Positions 1-12,329 of a stretch of DNA of 64,000 bases are shown in pieces. Below the pieces are notes generated by a model. That model had not been told where the DNA came from. It ran no database searches and saw only the letters and a program-made list of their open reading frames with translations. The translations under genes and the position numbers were made by a program. Positions within the stretch are counted from its first letter, which is position 1, and the number at the start of each line of letters is the position of its first letter. Source of the DNA: the human T2T-CHM13v2.0 reference genome, Homo sapiens; NCBI RefSeq assembly GCF_009914755.1, contig NC_060927.1; one strand, written 5' to 3'.

Positions 1-789
1 ATCAAACAAAAATAGCTAGGAAATTTTGCTATCCATCTTTTTTTGAGAAACTCGTGATGAACAGGAAGACAGGTCATGAGCCTGTGTTATTATACTCCCC
101 GTTATTAATTCGCCCTGAAAAGACTAAATAGTAATTACCCCCACACATTTATATGTATACTTAGTGATATACTCCATTTGCAAAAAGGAACTTCAAGAAA
201 TTCCCGTATACATGAAAATACAATGTACTTTTCACTTCTTTCATGTAGTCCCTAATTTTCCTTACCTGTCTGCCCATGGCTGAAATTTCTTTAACTGGTG
301 TCAAGTGTTTTATTCAACTAAGAGACATGTCTTAAAATGTAAATGCTAGAATGCTAGCTCTTAAAAATATTTTAAGTGAAACTCATTTACCCTAATCAAA
401 AGTAATCATTCCTTTCTAGATTAAATTGATCCAGAAAGCTCCTGCAAGAAAAAGGACCAAAGTTGGCTGATCCTGAAGCTTGAGACAAGATAGGGCCTCA
501 AAAGATGAGTGTAATGTAAACATATCTTGCATTCCACAACTCACAACTGTAGTTGGAGTTTTCATGTTAACTTACACATGTGTGTATACAAATAATCTGT
601 ACAGAAAGATATTATTGACAAGCTTGAAAATAGATGTGCATTGTTAGGTTGAAATGCTTTTGAGTCTCACTCATGAATATAGCTAGTCTGCTTCAAGTTT
701 ACTTATGGAGTTCTTCCATTCTGCCCACCCGCTACCGTTTTTAAAGCAGTCAACCGTGTTTAGAGGAACATTTATTCCCAAAGGATATA

Positions 790-1195
790 TTTGAAAAATA
801 ACAATCTTTGGATTCAGGATAACTAACAAATTCAATATAGAATAAATAAATAATGAACCCACACTTAGACGAGTGCTAGTAAATTTACAGAATGTCAAGG
901 AAATAAGATTATCAAAAATACCAGACAAAAAAAGAAAAATCACCTTCCCCAAATCAGTTGCAATGAAGAATGATTTACCAATAACAACACTGGAAGCTAG
1001 AAGACAGAGGAATAATATCTTCAAGAAGATGAGAGAAAATAACTTTAAGCCTAGATTTCCAGCAAAAGTATCTTTCAAGAATATGAACAAAATCAAGATA
1101 TTTTTAGAAAAATAAGAACTGAATTTACTACCAATAGAGTCTGTCTTTAAAAATATTAAAAGACATTTCTAGAAAGAAGAGACTGAGTTTAGATG
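790..1195 (+). mobile_element. Ancient L1/HAL1 ORF1 C-terminal fragment
   Basis: ORF 873-1115 reads TLEARRQRNNIFKKMRENNFKPRFPAKVSFKN, resembling the L1 ORF1p CTD motif (TLQARREW..IF..LKE..FQPRI.YPAKLSF). Confidence 0.75.
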
Positions 1196-1289
1196 CAAAA
1201 AAAAAAAAAAGAAGTAGTGAGCAAAGATAACTAATACTGACTGAGAAAATCATAATAATGACTTTTTAAATATAGTGTGTATTTATAAT

Positions 1290-2175
1290 ACATAGTTAAA
1301 ATTCTGATTCTATCAAATTGTTCACTCCCACTGGGACTTTCAGTCCATTCACCCTGACACTTTCCTATTTCCCTCTTCTTCTTACTTCCACAGATTAAGC
1401 ATTATATACACCCCCACTATATACACAAGACTCTATACCCCCGTGTATATACCCTTCTCTATTTTGCCTTTACTGACTTTGCTTTTCATGGCAGAGCCAG
1501 CATATAGTCTTGCTTACCACCGATCCATATCTGCATCTCTATAGGTGAATTGCAGGAGTAAGACAAACTACCATGCTGCTTAATTTTGCTTTCAAATTAA
1601 TGACACCAAAATTTAAGTGATACTTCAATATTGCCTGGCAATAACACTCTATTTCTACAGACTATTCTTTCTACCACTGTCTTAGCTGACCATTGCTTAC
1701 TTTTCTCTCTCTTCATACCTTTATCACCTCCTGCATAGCCTCTTTCTCTGTTGTTGACATTGCATTCTATTTCACTGGGAAAGCCAATGTATTTTAAAGA
1801 ATTCTTTTACATGCCTCTGTTATTCTTAAACTGCCTTTCACTTATTACCATCCATAACTATCCACGTTCCTACCTAAAACCACTCTCTTCTCTTCTGTGT
1901 ATGATCTTTTCTCACCTCCACCAAAACATCTATGTCTTCAACCAGTTTTTTTTCTCTTTCTCCTATATAGTTAATTTTTTTCCTTTTTAACTGTATTGTC
2001 CCAATGACAAAGAAACATCCTATTTCCTCCACAAATAAAACAAAAACAAAATCAGAACAAACAACAAAACCAAAGCTTGCTTCCATTTCCCTATGAGCTA
2101 CCACTTAATTTATTTGCTTCCATTCACAACCAGTTTCTTTAAAGAGCTTTCTATATTTATGTCTCCAGTTATTGT
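1290..2175 (+). mobile_element. L2 LINE, ORF2 region (part 1)
   Basis: L2-like segments ttcaaattaatgacaccaaa...tgcctggcaa and gacattgcattctatttcactggga; pyrimidine-rich plus strand. Confidence 0.7.
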
Positions 2176-2189
2176 TTATATTTTCTTGA

Positions 2190-2525
2190 TTTTAAAAAGG
2201 AAAAGTGGACATATCATAAGTGTATAGCTTGAGGATTTTTTACAAATTGAACACACGCATGAAAATAGTACTCAGAACATAACATTACCAGCATCCCAAA
2301 GATCTCTCTTTTATCTGGTTCCAAGAACGACTGCCTCACATTGTCAATTTTTCTGGGTCCTAACACCATAGATTGCTGGTGTGTGTTTGTTTTATTTGTT
2401 GTTGTTTTGTTTTTGTTTTTTTTTTACATAAAAGGAGTCATATAGTATGTACTCCATTTGTATGCATTCCTTGAATCAACATTATCTTACTGAGTTACAC
2501 ATTTTATTTTATAAAATAGTGTATC
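2190..2525 (-). mobile_element. Old L1M (L1MD/ME-type) 3' end inserted in L2
   Basis: aagtgtatagcttg...acaaattgaacacac...aacattaccagcatccca, typical of an L1M 3' UTR in reverse orientation. Confidence 0.65.
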
Positions 2526-2529
2526 CATT

Positions 2530-3337
2530 TCCTTTTAAACACACTCTTTGTCAGGCTTTTTTTCCCATCCCTCCACGAGTACTACTATTATCAAGTCAAA
2601 ATAATCCCACATTGCTCAACTCACTGACCCAATATGATCCTACTGGACCTACTTGATCTCGTTTATTTACTTTTTTAATACACAATCTTTAATTTGCCAT
2701 CAGAGCACTTCCATCTTGTAGTTTTCTATTTTTCTCATTTAGTCTTTTCTGTCTCTTTTGCTAGTTCCTTTTCTTCTGTCCAACTGCCTCTTCAAGTTAA
2801 GGTGTTCCAGTTTTTTGCCATTTTTTTTTTCTAATAAAAAAATTTTGAGAAACTTTTTAGTGGGTTTTATGGTTCTAAGTAACATTGCAATGATTATCAC
2901 TCCAATATTTATATCTCAGGCCCAGATTTCTTTTTTGAAATCCAGATTTGTATATGCAATTATGTATTCAACAGCTTTTCTTGAATTTATGTCTTCTCAA
3001 CAGACATAAATTCAACAGCTGCAAAATGAAGTTCCTAATTGTACTCCTCAAAACCTGCTTCACTTAAAGCATATTCCATCTCAGTTGACATCAACTTCAT
3101 TCTTCTAAGTGCTCAAAGTCAAATACTTGAAATTATCCTTGAATTCTCGTTTTCCCTCACACTGCATCCAATTTATCAGCAAATTCACTTTCTCTTGAAA
3201 GCATATTCAGAATCAGACCTCTGATGTAGGAGCCAGCATCATTCAGTGCTTACATTACTGCCACAGCCTCCTTTCTCATCACCATCATTCCATCCTTCAT
3301 CTATCCTCCCATCTATTTTCAAAAGAGCCATCATTGT
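2530..3337 (+). mobile_element. L2 LINE, RT and downstream region (part 2)
   Basis: tcaggcttt...ctccac...tcaagtca (QSGF/HST RT motif region), then ccagatt..., tccatctcagttga, gctcaaagtcaaaatacttgaaattatccttga. Confidence 0.75.
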
Positions 3338-3354
3338 AAAATGTGTATTTTTAA

Positions 3355-6300
3355 AGAATAATTTTACTTTAGATTCAGGGGACACATGTGCAGGTTTGTC
3401 ACATGGCATGGGTGTATTGTGTGAGGCTGAGGTTTGGGGTGTGAATGAATACCCCAAGATAGTGAGCATATTACCCAATAGGTAGTTTTCAGGATTTGGC
3501 CACCTCCCTCTCTCCTTTTGGAGTTACCAGTGTCTATTGTTCCCCTCTTTACAATCATATGTATTCAATTCTTAGCTCTCACTTATAAGTGAGATCATGC
3601 AGTATTTGGTTTTCTGTTCCTGTGATGTTTTGCTTAGGAATATGGCCGTCACACACATGCATGTTTCTGCAAAAGGACGTAATTTTGTTCTCTTTTATGG
3701 CTGTGCAGTACTCCATGGTGTCTATGTACCACATTTTTTTAAATCTGCCATTGATGGTCACCTAGGTTGATTCTATATCTTTGATATCGTGAATAGTGCT
3801 GTAATGAACACACTAGTGCATGTGTCTTTTTGGTATTACAATTTTTTTTTTTTGGACATATACCCAGTAACGGGATTTCTGAATCAAATGGTAGTTTAAC
3901 TCTCAGTTCTTTGATGAATATCCAGACTGCTTTCCACAGTTGCTGAAATAATTTACATTCCCATCAAAAGTGTGCAAGTGTTCATTTTTCGCCCCAGTCT
4001 CACCAGCATCTGTTATTTTTTTACTTCTTAATAAGGGCCATTCTGACTGGTGCTAGAGAATATCTCATTGTGGTTTTGATTTGTATTTCTCTGATAACTA
4101 GTGATACTGGTCATTTTTTCATTTTTTTTGGTCCACTTGTGTGTCTTCTTTTGACTTTGTTAGGAAGTGTCTTTTGCCCACTTTTTAATGGGGTTATGTG
4201 TTTTTTGTTTGTTGAATTAAGTTTCTTATAGATTCTGAATATTATACCTTTGTTAGACACATAGTTTGTGAATATTTTCTCCTAGTCTGTTGGTTGCCTG
4301 TTTACTCTATTGATAGTTTCTTTTGCTGTGCGGAAGCTCTTTAGGCCCCACTTGTCAAATTTTGGTTTTGTTGTAGGCTTAGTCATAAACTCCTTCCTAA
4401 GGTCAATGTCCAGAGAGGGGTTCCGAGGTTTTCTTCTAGGATTCATATAACTTGATGTCTTACATTTAAATCCTTAATCCATTTTGAGTTAATTTCTGTG
4501 TATAGTGAAAGGTAGGGATCCAATTTCACTCTTCTGCATATGACTAGCCAGCTTTCTCAGCACCATTTATTGAATGTGGAATCCTTTCCCCATTGCTTAT
4601 TTTTGTTGACTCTGTCAAAGATCAGGTGGCTGCAGGTGTGCTGCTTTATTTCTGGGTTCTCTATTCTGTTCCATTGCTCTGTGTGTCTGGTTTTTTTTTT
4701 TTTTTTCAGCACTACCATGCTGTTTTGGTTATTGAAGCCTGATAGCATTGTTTGAAGTTGGGTAATGTGACACCTATGGCTTTGTTCTTTTTGTTTAGGA
4801 CTGCGTTGGCATTTGTGCTTTCTTTTGTTTCTGTATGTATTTTAAAATAGCCTTTTCTAATTCTGTGAAAAAATGACATTGGTAGTTTGATAGGAATAGC
4901 AATGAATCTGTAAATTGTTTTGGACAGTATGGTCATTTTCATGATATGAATTCAACCAATCCATGAGCATCAGATATTTTTCCATTAATTTGTGACATCT
5001 GTGATTTCTTTCAGCATTGTTTTCTAATTCTCCTTGTAGAGATTCTTCACCTCCTTAGTATTCTTAGGTACCTTTTTTTTTTTTTTTTGGTATGTGTGGC
5101 TATTGTAAATCAGGTTTTGCACTTGAGTTGGCCCTCAGCCTGGACATTGTTGGTGTATAGAAATGTTACTGATTTGGGGACATTGATTTTGTATACCAAA
5201 ACTTTACTAAAGTTGTTTCACAGTTTCAGGAGCCTTTTGCTAGCATCATTAAGGTTTTTTAGGTATAGAATTATATCATTAGCAAAGATAAATAATTTCA
5301 CCTATTATTTTTCTACTTGGATGCACTTTCTTTCTTTAGCCTGATTGCTCTAGAATAGTTAAGTCATCTTGTCAAATTGAGCACTTTATCATTATGTAAT
5401 GTCTTTCTTTGTTCTTTTTTATTGTTGTTGGTTTACAGTTTGTTTTATCTGATATAAAATACTGATCTCTGCTCTTTTTTGCCTTCCATTTGTGTGGTAG
5501 ATCTTTCTCAAATGTATTCTTTTGAGCCTGTGGATGTCATTATGTGTGAGATGGGTCTCTTGAAGACAGTAGATAGATGGATCTTGTTTACTCATTCAAA
5601 CTTGCCACTCAGTTCTTTTGAAATGGACCCTTTGGACCATTTGGATTCACGGTTAATGTTGATATGTGAGATCTTTATTCTATCATGAAATTGTTAGCTG
5701 ACTGCTTTGTAGTTTCTATTGTGTGGTTGTTTTATACTTTTGGTGAGCTATGTATTTAAGTGGGTTTTATAATAGCAGGTATCATTCTTTTGTTTCCATG
5801 TTGGATTTCCTTAAGGATCTCTGGTAAGGCTAGTCTAATGATAATGAATTCTCTTAGCACTTGCTTTTCTTGAGAAAAACTTTATATCTTCTTGGCTTAC
5901 GCAACTTGATTTAGAAAGATATGAAATTCTTGGCTGGAATTTCTTTTCTTAAAAACGCTGAAAATAGGACCCCAATCTCTCTTGGCTTGTAAGGTTTCTG
6001 CTAAGAAGTCCACTGTTAGTCTGATGGGATTCCCTTTTAGTATCTTTCAGGTCTTCTCTGCATTTCTTATATCTGAATATCTACCTCACCAGAAAGATAA
6101 GACAAATATTATTAAATTGTTTCCTCAAATATGTTTCCAGGTTGACTATTTTTTCTCCTTCTCTCTCAGTAATGTCAGTAATTTGTAGGTTAGGTCACAT
6201 GACCTATAATCCCATATTTTTTGAAGCCTTTGTTCATTTTAAAGATTCTTTTTTCTTTTTTTTTTTCTGATTGAGTTAGTAAAAAGACCACTCTTCAAAC

Positions 6301-8310
6301 TCTGAAATTCTTTCTTCTCCTCTGTGTAGTCTTTCAAGTGTATTTTGAATTTCCTTAAGTTAATTTTTCAATTCCAGAAGCAGTGATTGATTTCAAGATG
6401 TTTATTTCTTCCTTCATTTACTGGATTCCTTTAGATGTTTCTTTGTGTTGATTTGCACCTTGTATTGAATCTTGTTGAACTTCCTTGAAATTCATGTTTT
6501 GATTTCTTTATCTGTCATTCCTGAGTTTCCATTTTAGTTAGAAACCCTTGCTGGAGAGCTAATGTGATCCTTTGGTGTCATTCCTTTCAGATTTTTCATG
6601 GTGTCAGAATCCTTGCACTGCTTCTTTCTCATCTGGAGATGCTGACACATCTAATTTTTGTAATTTTTTCCATGTAGATAGGATTGTTTTATCTTTCTTT
6701 TTTCCCCCTATATTATTATTATTATTTCCTTCCCTTTCCCCCACCCCTTAGAGGGTGTGACAGTAGGGAATGTTGACTAGGGTCTTTTTGGCTTTGCTTC
6801 TATAACCCTATGTTCTTCTGTCGGCAAGTTTTATATTAGGGTGTACAGTTAAGTGTACAAGCCTGTAAATGACACTCATGGGTAAAAGCCAGCTGCGGCC
6901 AACACAGTTGGGTGTATTTGTGATCCTTGTTTATAGGGAGAAGCTCTCTTTTCCCTCAAGCAATGGGCTGCTCCATAGAGTGCAGAGTGGTCTGAGCTCC
7001 CTCTTCAACTTTGGCAGGATGTGGGAGCAAGATGGATGGGGCCAGGACAGGCAGGCCCTCCTTCAGGTCCCCTAGTGAAAGGCACAAGCACCAATGCAGA
7101 GAAAGAATCCACTGGGTGGCCACAAAGTGGCCAGGGGCTGGCATGTGTAGACATGGAGCTGGGAAACCTCTTTGGCCCCAAGTTTTTTGCATGAGGGTGG
7201 GGGGTTTTCTAAACTTTTAATCCAGGAGACTGGGTACTCCAGACATCTGTAGATCTGCCCGGGCGTGGAGTGAAGAAGGCCCCACTGCATCACAGTCTCT
7301 GCATGGGTTGCTCAGGCTGCAATCCAGCTAAGCAGGTGCTTTGAATGCCTGGAGATCTACCTGGTGTGGAGGAAAGAGGGCCCCACTCATCATTATCTAT
7401 GTGCAAAAGGGAGGGGTGGCTCAGGCTGCTGAACCAGGCGAGTGAGTGCACTGAATGCCTGGAGTTCTGTCTGGGAGTGAAGCAAAGAGGGCTACAGCAC
7501 ACCAAAATCCCAGGGGAGCAGGCTAGGGCACCAAGCAATGATGCTTGCAGACTAGTTCCAAGTCACAAAACTGGCACTGTCTGCAAGTCTCATCACCCAT
7601 GATAAACCATGGCTGTAGCAGCTCTCCTCCTGCCCCAGCACTATAATGGGGGAGAACACCTACTGCACCTACTGCTGAGCTGCTTTCCACAATTCTATCT
7701 GTGTAGGCCCCTATCCCACTCTAGAGCGGGAACTCCAGTCTCTGCCCTGACACAAAAATGCCTGTGTGGCCATGCTGCTGTGTCACCAAAGATTGACTGA
7801 CTTTGTACCTGCATGGATTAAAAATGGTATCCCACTCTTGGTCCCAAGTCTGTGAAAATGCCTGCAGTTTTTGCCAGTGTCTTTCCCTTTCTACGTCTCA
7901 AAGCCTCCCCAAAAGTTAGCTCCAGGGCTTGGGAGAAACAAAGCAGTCTCTCTTCTCTCTTGGCCTGGGTTGCTCAGATCCCCAGTGTGAAGGAGGGTCA
8001 GAGAGGGAAGTTTTCTGCCCCACTCATGTACTGGGACTTCTCTCACTTTTATCAGTCAGATGCCATAATGAGGGCCATTTGCCCACATTCTTTCTCTTCC
8101 TTGGGTTCTGGGATGTCCATCACAATTTTTGTGGATTTCCATTTTCCTTCTTGAATTAAAGTTCACAGAGTTGATCTTCATGTATATTTTTCTTCTTGAA
8201 TTAAAGCTCACAGAGTCGATATTATGCAAAATATATTTTGCTATTTCCAAGTGGCTGAGGCACACTAAAAGCCTGTAATCTGACATCCTGGGGGGAAGAA
8301 ACTAAAAATG
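3355..8310 (-). mobile_element. L1PA15/16-type LINE-1 retaining both ends, with an internal ORF2 deletion
   Basis: 3' end at ~3355; ORF2 C-terminus (ORFs 3579-3761, 4557-4748, 4712-4942); endonuclease, ORF1 and long 5' UTR ending ...aaagcctgtaatctgacatcctggggg. TSD aaaatgtgtatttttaa at 3338-3354 and 8311-8327. Confidence 0.9.
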
Positions 8311-9419
8311 AAAATGTGTATTTTTAAGTGAGCTTTTTTTTGTTTTTTGACTTATAACATAGATTTGTGTACTTTACAAAAAGTAAACATATCTCTGTAA
8401 TATTCCTAGAAAAGACATAGATTCATGCGAGACTCCTCCATTTTACTGCATTTACTAGTAGTTTGTTTATCCTTATTGCAGAATACTATTCCATTATATA
8501 AACATATCTAGTTTATTTATCAATTCTGCTATCAACAAACGTGATTGTTCTTTTTGCCCTTTGACTATGATGAGGAGTTCCTGCTATGAACATTCTTGTA
8601 CTTTTTTTGTACAAACAAATATATTTTTCTCATGGGTATATAACTAGAAATAAAATTGCTAAATTACTAGATCGTAGGTTATCTGTATGTTCAACTTTAA
8701 TACATAATACATAATATTAAATATTTTAAAATTGTTCTACCAATTTACATTCCTATCAGAATATGAAAAAGTTCAAATATTGTTTCATACTCTCTGGCCA
8801 ATATTAATGATTGTTAGATTTTTTTTTTCGTTTCAGCCATCCCAAAGTTTTACCTTTTATTCCTCTACTGATATGTTTACTAGTCGTGTAATTATTCACT
8901 GCTATAAAGTGCCGGTTCAAATATTTGGCCTCTTTTTTGTTATGTTGTCTTTCTCTTATGAATTCATAGGATTTTTGTGTATTCTGGATAAGTGTTCGTA
9001 TCATATATAAGTTTAAAAAATTTTATTCTATTCGGAGAATTACCTTTTTTACACTCAATCATAGTTATGATAAGTTTCAATTTTAATGCAGTCTAGTTTA
9101 TCCCTTTTTTCCCAATAAACTTGCATTTATTAATCTTATTTGTGCTCTGTTTAAAAAATCTTTTTCCATCCAGTAGTCATGAAGGTTTTCTAGATTTTCT
9201 CCAAGAAGATTTTTATGTTTAGAAACCACCTGGATTCAATTTACATGTATGTGTGAATTACAGGTCAAGATTCTTTTTTTCTCATGCAAATAACCAATGA
9301 CTCTTTTTCTCAATGTACTTCAGTAATATCTTTCTCATAATTTAAATAATGTATATTTGTGTACATCTTTCTCATAATTCACATAATGTACTGTTTCTGG
9401 ATTCTATTTTATTTTAATG

Positions 9420-9741
9420 TTTGTTGTTGTTGTTGTTGTTGTTTTGTTTTGTTTTTGAGACAGGTTCTCACCCTGTCTCTCAGTCTAAAGTACAGCGGCA
9501 CAATTTCGGCTCACTGAAGCCTTGACCTCCTGGGCTCATGCAATGCTCCCACCTCTGCCTCCCAAGTAGCTGGGGCTACAGGTGTATGTCACCACACCCA
9601 GCTAATTTTTAAAATTTTTTTTGTAGAGATGAGTTCTCACCATGTTGCCCAGGCTGGTCTTGAACTCCTGTACTCAATCAATCCTCCTGCCTTGGCCTCC
9701 CAAATTGCTGTGATTATAGACAGGAGTCGTCACACCTGGCC
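9420..9741 (-). mobile_element. AluJ
   Basis: Dimeric Alu in reverse with J-type ccttgacctcctgggctca and a (TTG)n-derived tail. Confidence 0.92.
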
Positions 9742-10399
9742 TACATTAATGATTAATTTTTAAAATCTTTTTGCAAATACAAAGCTACCTTAATTAATGT
9801 AGATATAATAAGTCTTTATTTTTGGAAGTGTTAGTTTCTGTTTCCTTTTTATCTTCAAGATTATCCTGGCTTTTTTGGCTTTTTCAGTTCTCAAAAGTAT
9901 TTTATATATACACACACACACCCTCATGGGGTTTTGTTTGACATTTCTGTAAATATTTCATATACACTTGAAAAAATGTATATTTCTGTTGTTACTGTCA
10001 TATAAGTCAATTTGGTTAATATCATTCAAATATTCTATAACTGCTTGTTCTATCAGGGGCTATCAGGTATTATAAAATATAGTTATAGTCTCCTCTACTT
10101 CTGTTTTTAATTTTGTTAGTTTTTGCTTCACATGTTTTAAGGCCACGCTATTATGTGTATGCAGATTTAGAATTTTATACCTTTCTGTTGAATTGATTCT
10201 TATGATTATAAAATGTCCCCTTTATTCTCCAATAATACACTTTGTCTTAAAGTCTTTTTCTGATATTTTATATATTTTAATGTTATTATATTTGGTTACT
10301 GTCTACATAGTATATATTTTTATATTCTTTATTGTCATTAGTTATGTGATTTTATGCAAAAGATATACCTCATAAGCAATATATGTGTGTTTTTGTACA

Positions 10400-10450
10400 T
10401 ATGTTTGGATGTATATATGTATTGTATATACATATACATAATACACATAA

Positions 10451-10496
<46 letters not shown>
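10400..10496. repeat. (CA)n/(TA)n microsatellite
   Basis: About 15 CA units flanked by TA runs. Confidence 0.95.
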
Positions 10497-10747
10497 TTTT
10501 ACTACTCTGATAACCATAGACTTTTGTTGGGGTACCTCTTCCACTCACATTTAAGGTAATTTTTAATATATTTGCCTTTAAATCTACCATGTAACTATTT
10601 GTGTTTTTTGTCCATTGTTATGTTTGTTCTTTGTTGTTTTCTCTCTTTTCTTGTCTCATTTTTGATAAAGCATGTTTAAAAAATTATTTTATTTCTTATT
10701 AGCTTGTTAATAACTCTATTATTTTATATTCTCTTTTTAATTATTTT

Positions 10748-10948
10748 AGAGCACCGTTCAATACAGTAACTGCTAGCCACATGGAGCTATTTAAATTAAA
10801 CTTAAGTAAAGGTAAAAATTCAGTTTCTTAGTCACACTGGCCACATTTCAAGTGCTCAATAGCCACATGTGGCTAAGGGTTATTGTTTAGAAGAGCGTGG
10901 ATTATGGAATATGTCCATTATTGCAAAAATTCTATTTAATAGTGCCAC
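10748..10948. mobile_element. MER3 (hAT-Charlie MITE)
   Basis: tagccacatggagctatttaaatt...ccacatttcaagtgctcaatagccacatgtggcta matches recalled MER3. Confidence 0.88.
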
Positions 10949-11431
10949 CCTAAGGATTACAACATGTGTTTTTGATCCATTACAGTATACTTTAAATTAG
11001 TATTCTTTCTATTTCTTGGACAATGCAAGATCAACACAACTTTATTTAATTCCTTCTTGCTTTTTGAAAGGCTCATGAAATTTAATCATTTAAATATTTT
11101 GTCCCCATGTGGCATTATTTTTATATTTAAACAACCAACGCTAATTCAGAGTTCCTTAAATATTTATCCTTTTTGGTAGTCTTCATTTCTCCATGCATAA
11201 TTGTGTTTCTTTTTGTGATAATTTTTTACCTATCTGTAGTATTCCCTTTCATATTTCTTTTATTGAAGGACTGCTGGTGATGACCTTTTTCAGTTTATTT
11301 TTGCTTGAAAATATCTTTATGTTAAGTTTATTTTCGAGTGTTGGTGAGTTAAAAATTCTAAGTTGGCCATTATTTTCTTACTGTACTTTAATAATATTGC
11401 AACATTGTCACATAAATTCTTATCTTCTGCA

Positions 11432-11568
11432 CTCACAAATCCACCCAGATTCAACAGAGGGACTATGGACTGCGCTTCTGAATGAAAAGAATGTCAAAAT
11501 TATATTGGAAGAAGGGCATGTGAAATAGAATAGGTTGGAGCCATTTTTAGAAAATATAATCTGCCTCA
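11432..11568 (-). mobile_element. MLT1 (F/G/H-type) MaLR LTR fragment
   Basis: ccacccagattcaa...gccatttttagaaaatataatctgcctca, the MLT1 terminus in reverse. Confidence 0.7.
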
Positions 11569-11574
11569 GTACCC

Positions 11575-12290
11575 TCCTGTTATTATTTAAATTCAGTTAG
11601 TATCTGTGGTGATTTCTCTCTCTTTCAAAATTCCAGATATAGGTAAACTCATGTCATGGGGGTTTGTTGTACAGATGATTTCATCTCCCAGGTATTAAGT
11701 CCAGTACCCAGTAGTTAGTTATCTTTTCTGCTCCTCTCTCTGCTCCCAGACTCCACCCTCATGTAGACCCCAGGGTCTGTTGTTCCTTTCCTTGTGTTCA
11801 TGAGTTTTTATCATTTAGCTCTCACTTATAAGCGAGAACATTTAATATTTGGTTTTCTGTCCCTGTGTTAGTTTGCTAAGGATAGCAAACCTTCACATGT
11901 ACCCCTGAACCTAAAGTAAAAGTAAAGAAAATTAGAAAGCTTTTTAAGATGAAAACATTGATGCCTAAAGAAACTAAGCAATTTGCCCAGACAGTATGCG
12001 ATAGAGCTGGGATTCGAACCCAGGTTGACAAACCATAAAGCAAATACAACTTTACAGTATTGTATCTTAAGAATTGTCATTACAAATAAAATCTATAAAA
12101 TATTTATTCTCACCAAAAATTCCAGATATTAGTAATTTGTACTATCTATATGTTTTGGCTCCATATTCCCAGAGGTTTATTCATTTCATTATTTTTTTCA
12201 AATAAAGAGCTTTTGATTTTTTAATCTTTCTCATTGTGTTTCCTTCAATATCTGGTTTATGGGTATTATTTATTTCCCTCACTGTTCTTT
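11575..12290 (-). mobile_element. Old L1M ORF2 fragment (host of the 11641-12115 insertion)
   Basis: tctgtggtgatttctctctctttcaaaattccagatat|tagtaatttgt...agaggtttattcatttc reads as continuous L1 ORF2 in reverse once the insert is removed. Confidence 0.7.
11641..12115 (+). mobile_element. L1PA11-14-type 3' end with 5' inversion plus ~180 bp extra 3' sequence
   Basis: Inverted L1 3' UTR 11641-11885, forward terminus 11886-11935, then MIR-like DNA. TSD aaaattccagatat at 11627-11640 and 12116-12129. Confidence 0.85.
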
Positions 12291-12329
12291 TTTTCCCCAT
12301 ATAATTCAGACTGGGTAATTTCTGCTGAC

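Larger units (their letters stand above)
8330..11410 (-). mobile_element. Fragmented old L1M (L1ME-like) hosting an Alu, MER3 and a microsatellite
   Basis: gaatactattccattatata, ctgctatgaacattcttgta, ctaccaatttacattcctatcag; ORF 8804-9004 (AKYLNRHF) resembles the ORF2 C-terminus; EN-region sequence at ~10000-10260. Confidence 0.7.

Noticed and set aside
266-330. Minus-strand exon-like segment with Kozak GCCATGG (MGRQ) and CAG|gtaagg donor
   Set aside because: Only four codons, a modest acceptor, opposite to the inferred transcription direction, and no recognisable gene; cannot be supported without RNA data.
6850-8100. GC-richer segments (also 27400-27870 and 38041-39020) as host promoters or CpG islands
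   Set aside because: They are L1 5' UTRs and are CpG-depleted.
8145-8220. ~45-bp tandem duplication near the L1 5' end; similar small duplications at 13662-13685, 21305-21345 and 25131-25204
   Set aside because: Ordinary local slippage duplications with no sign of function.
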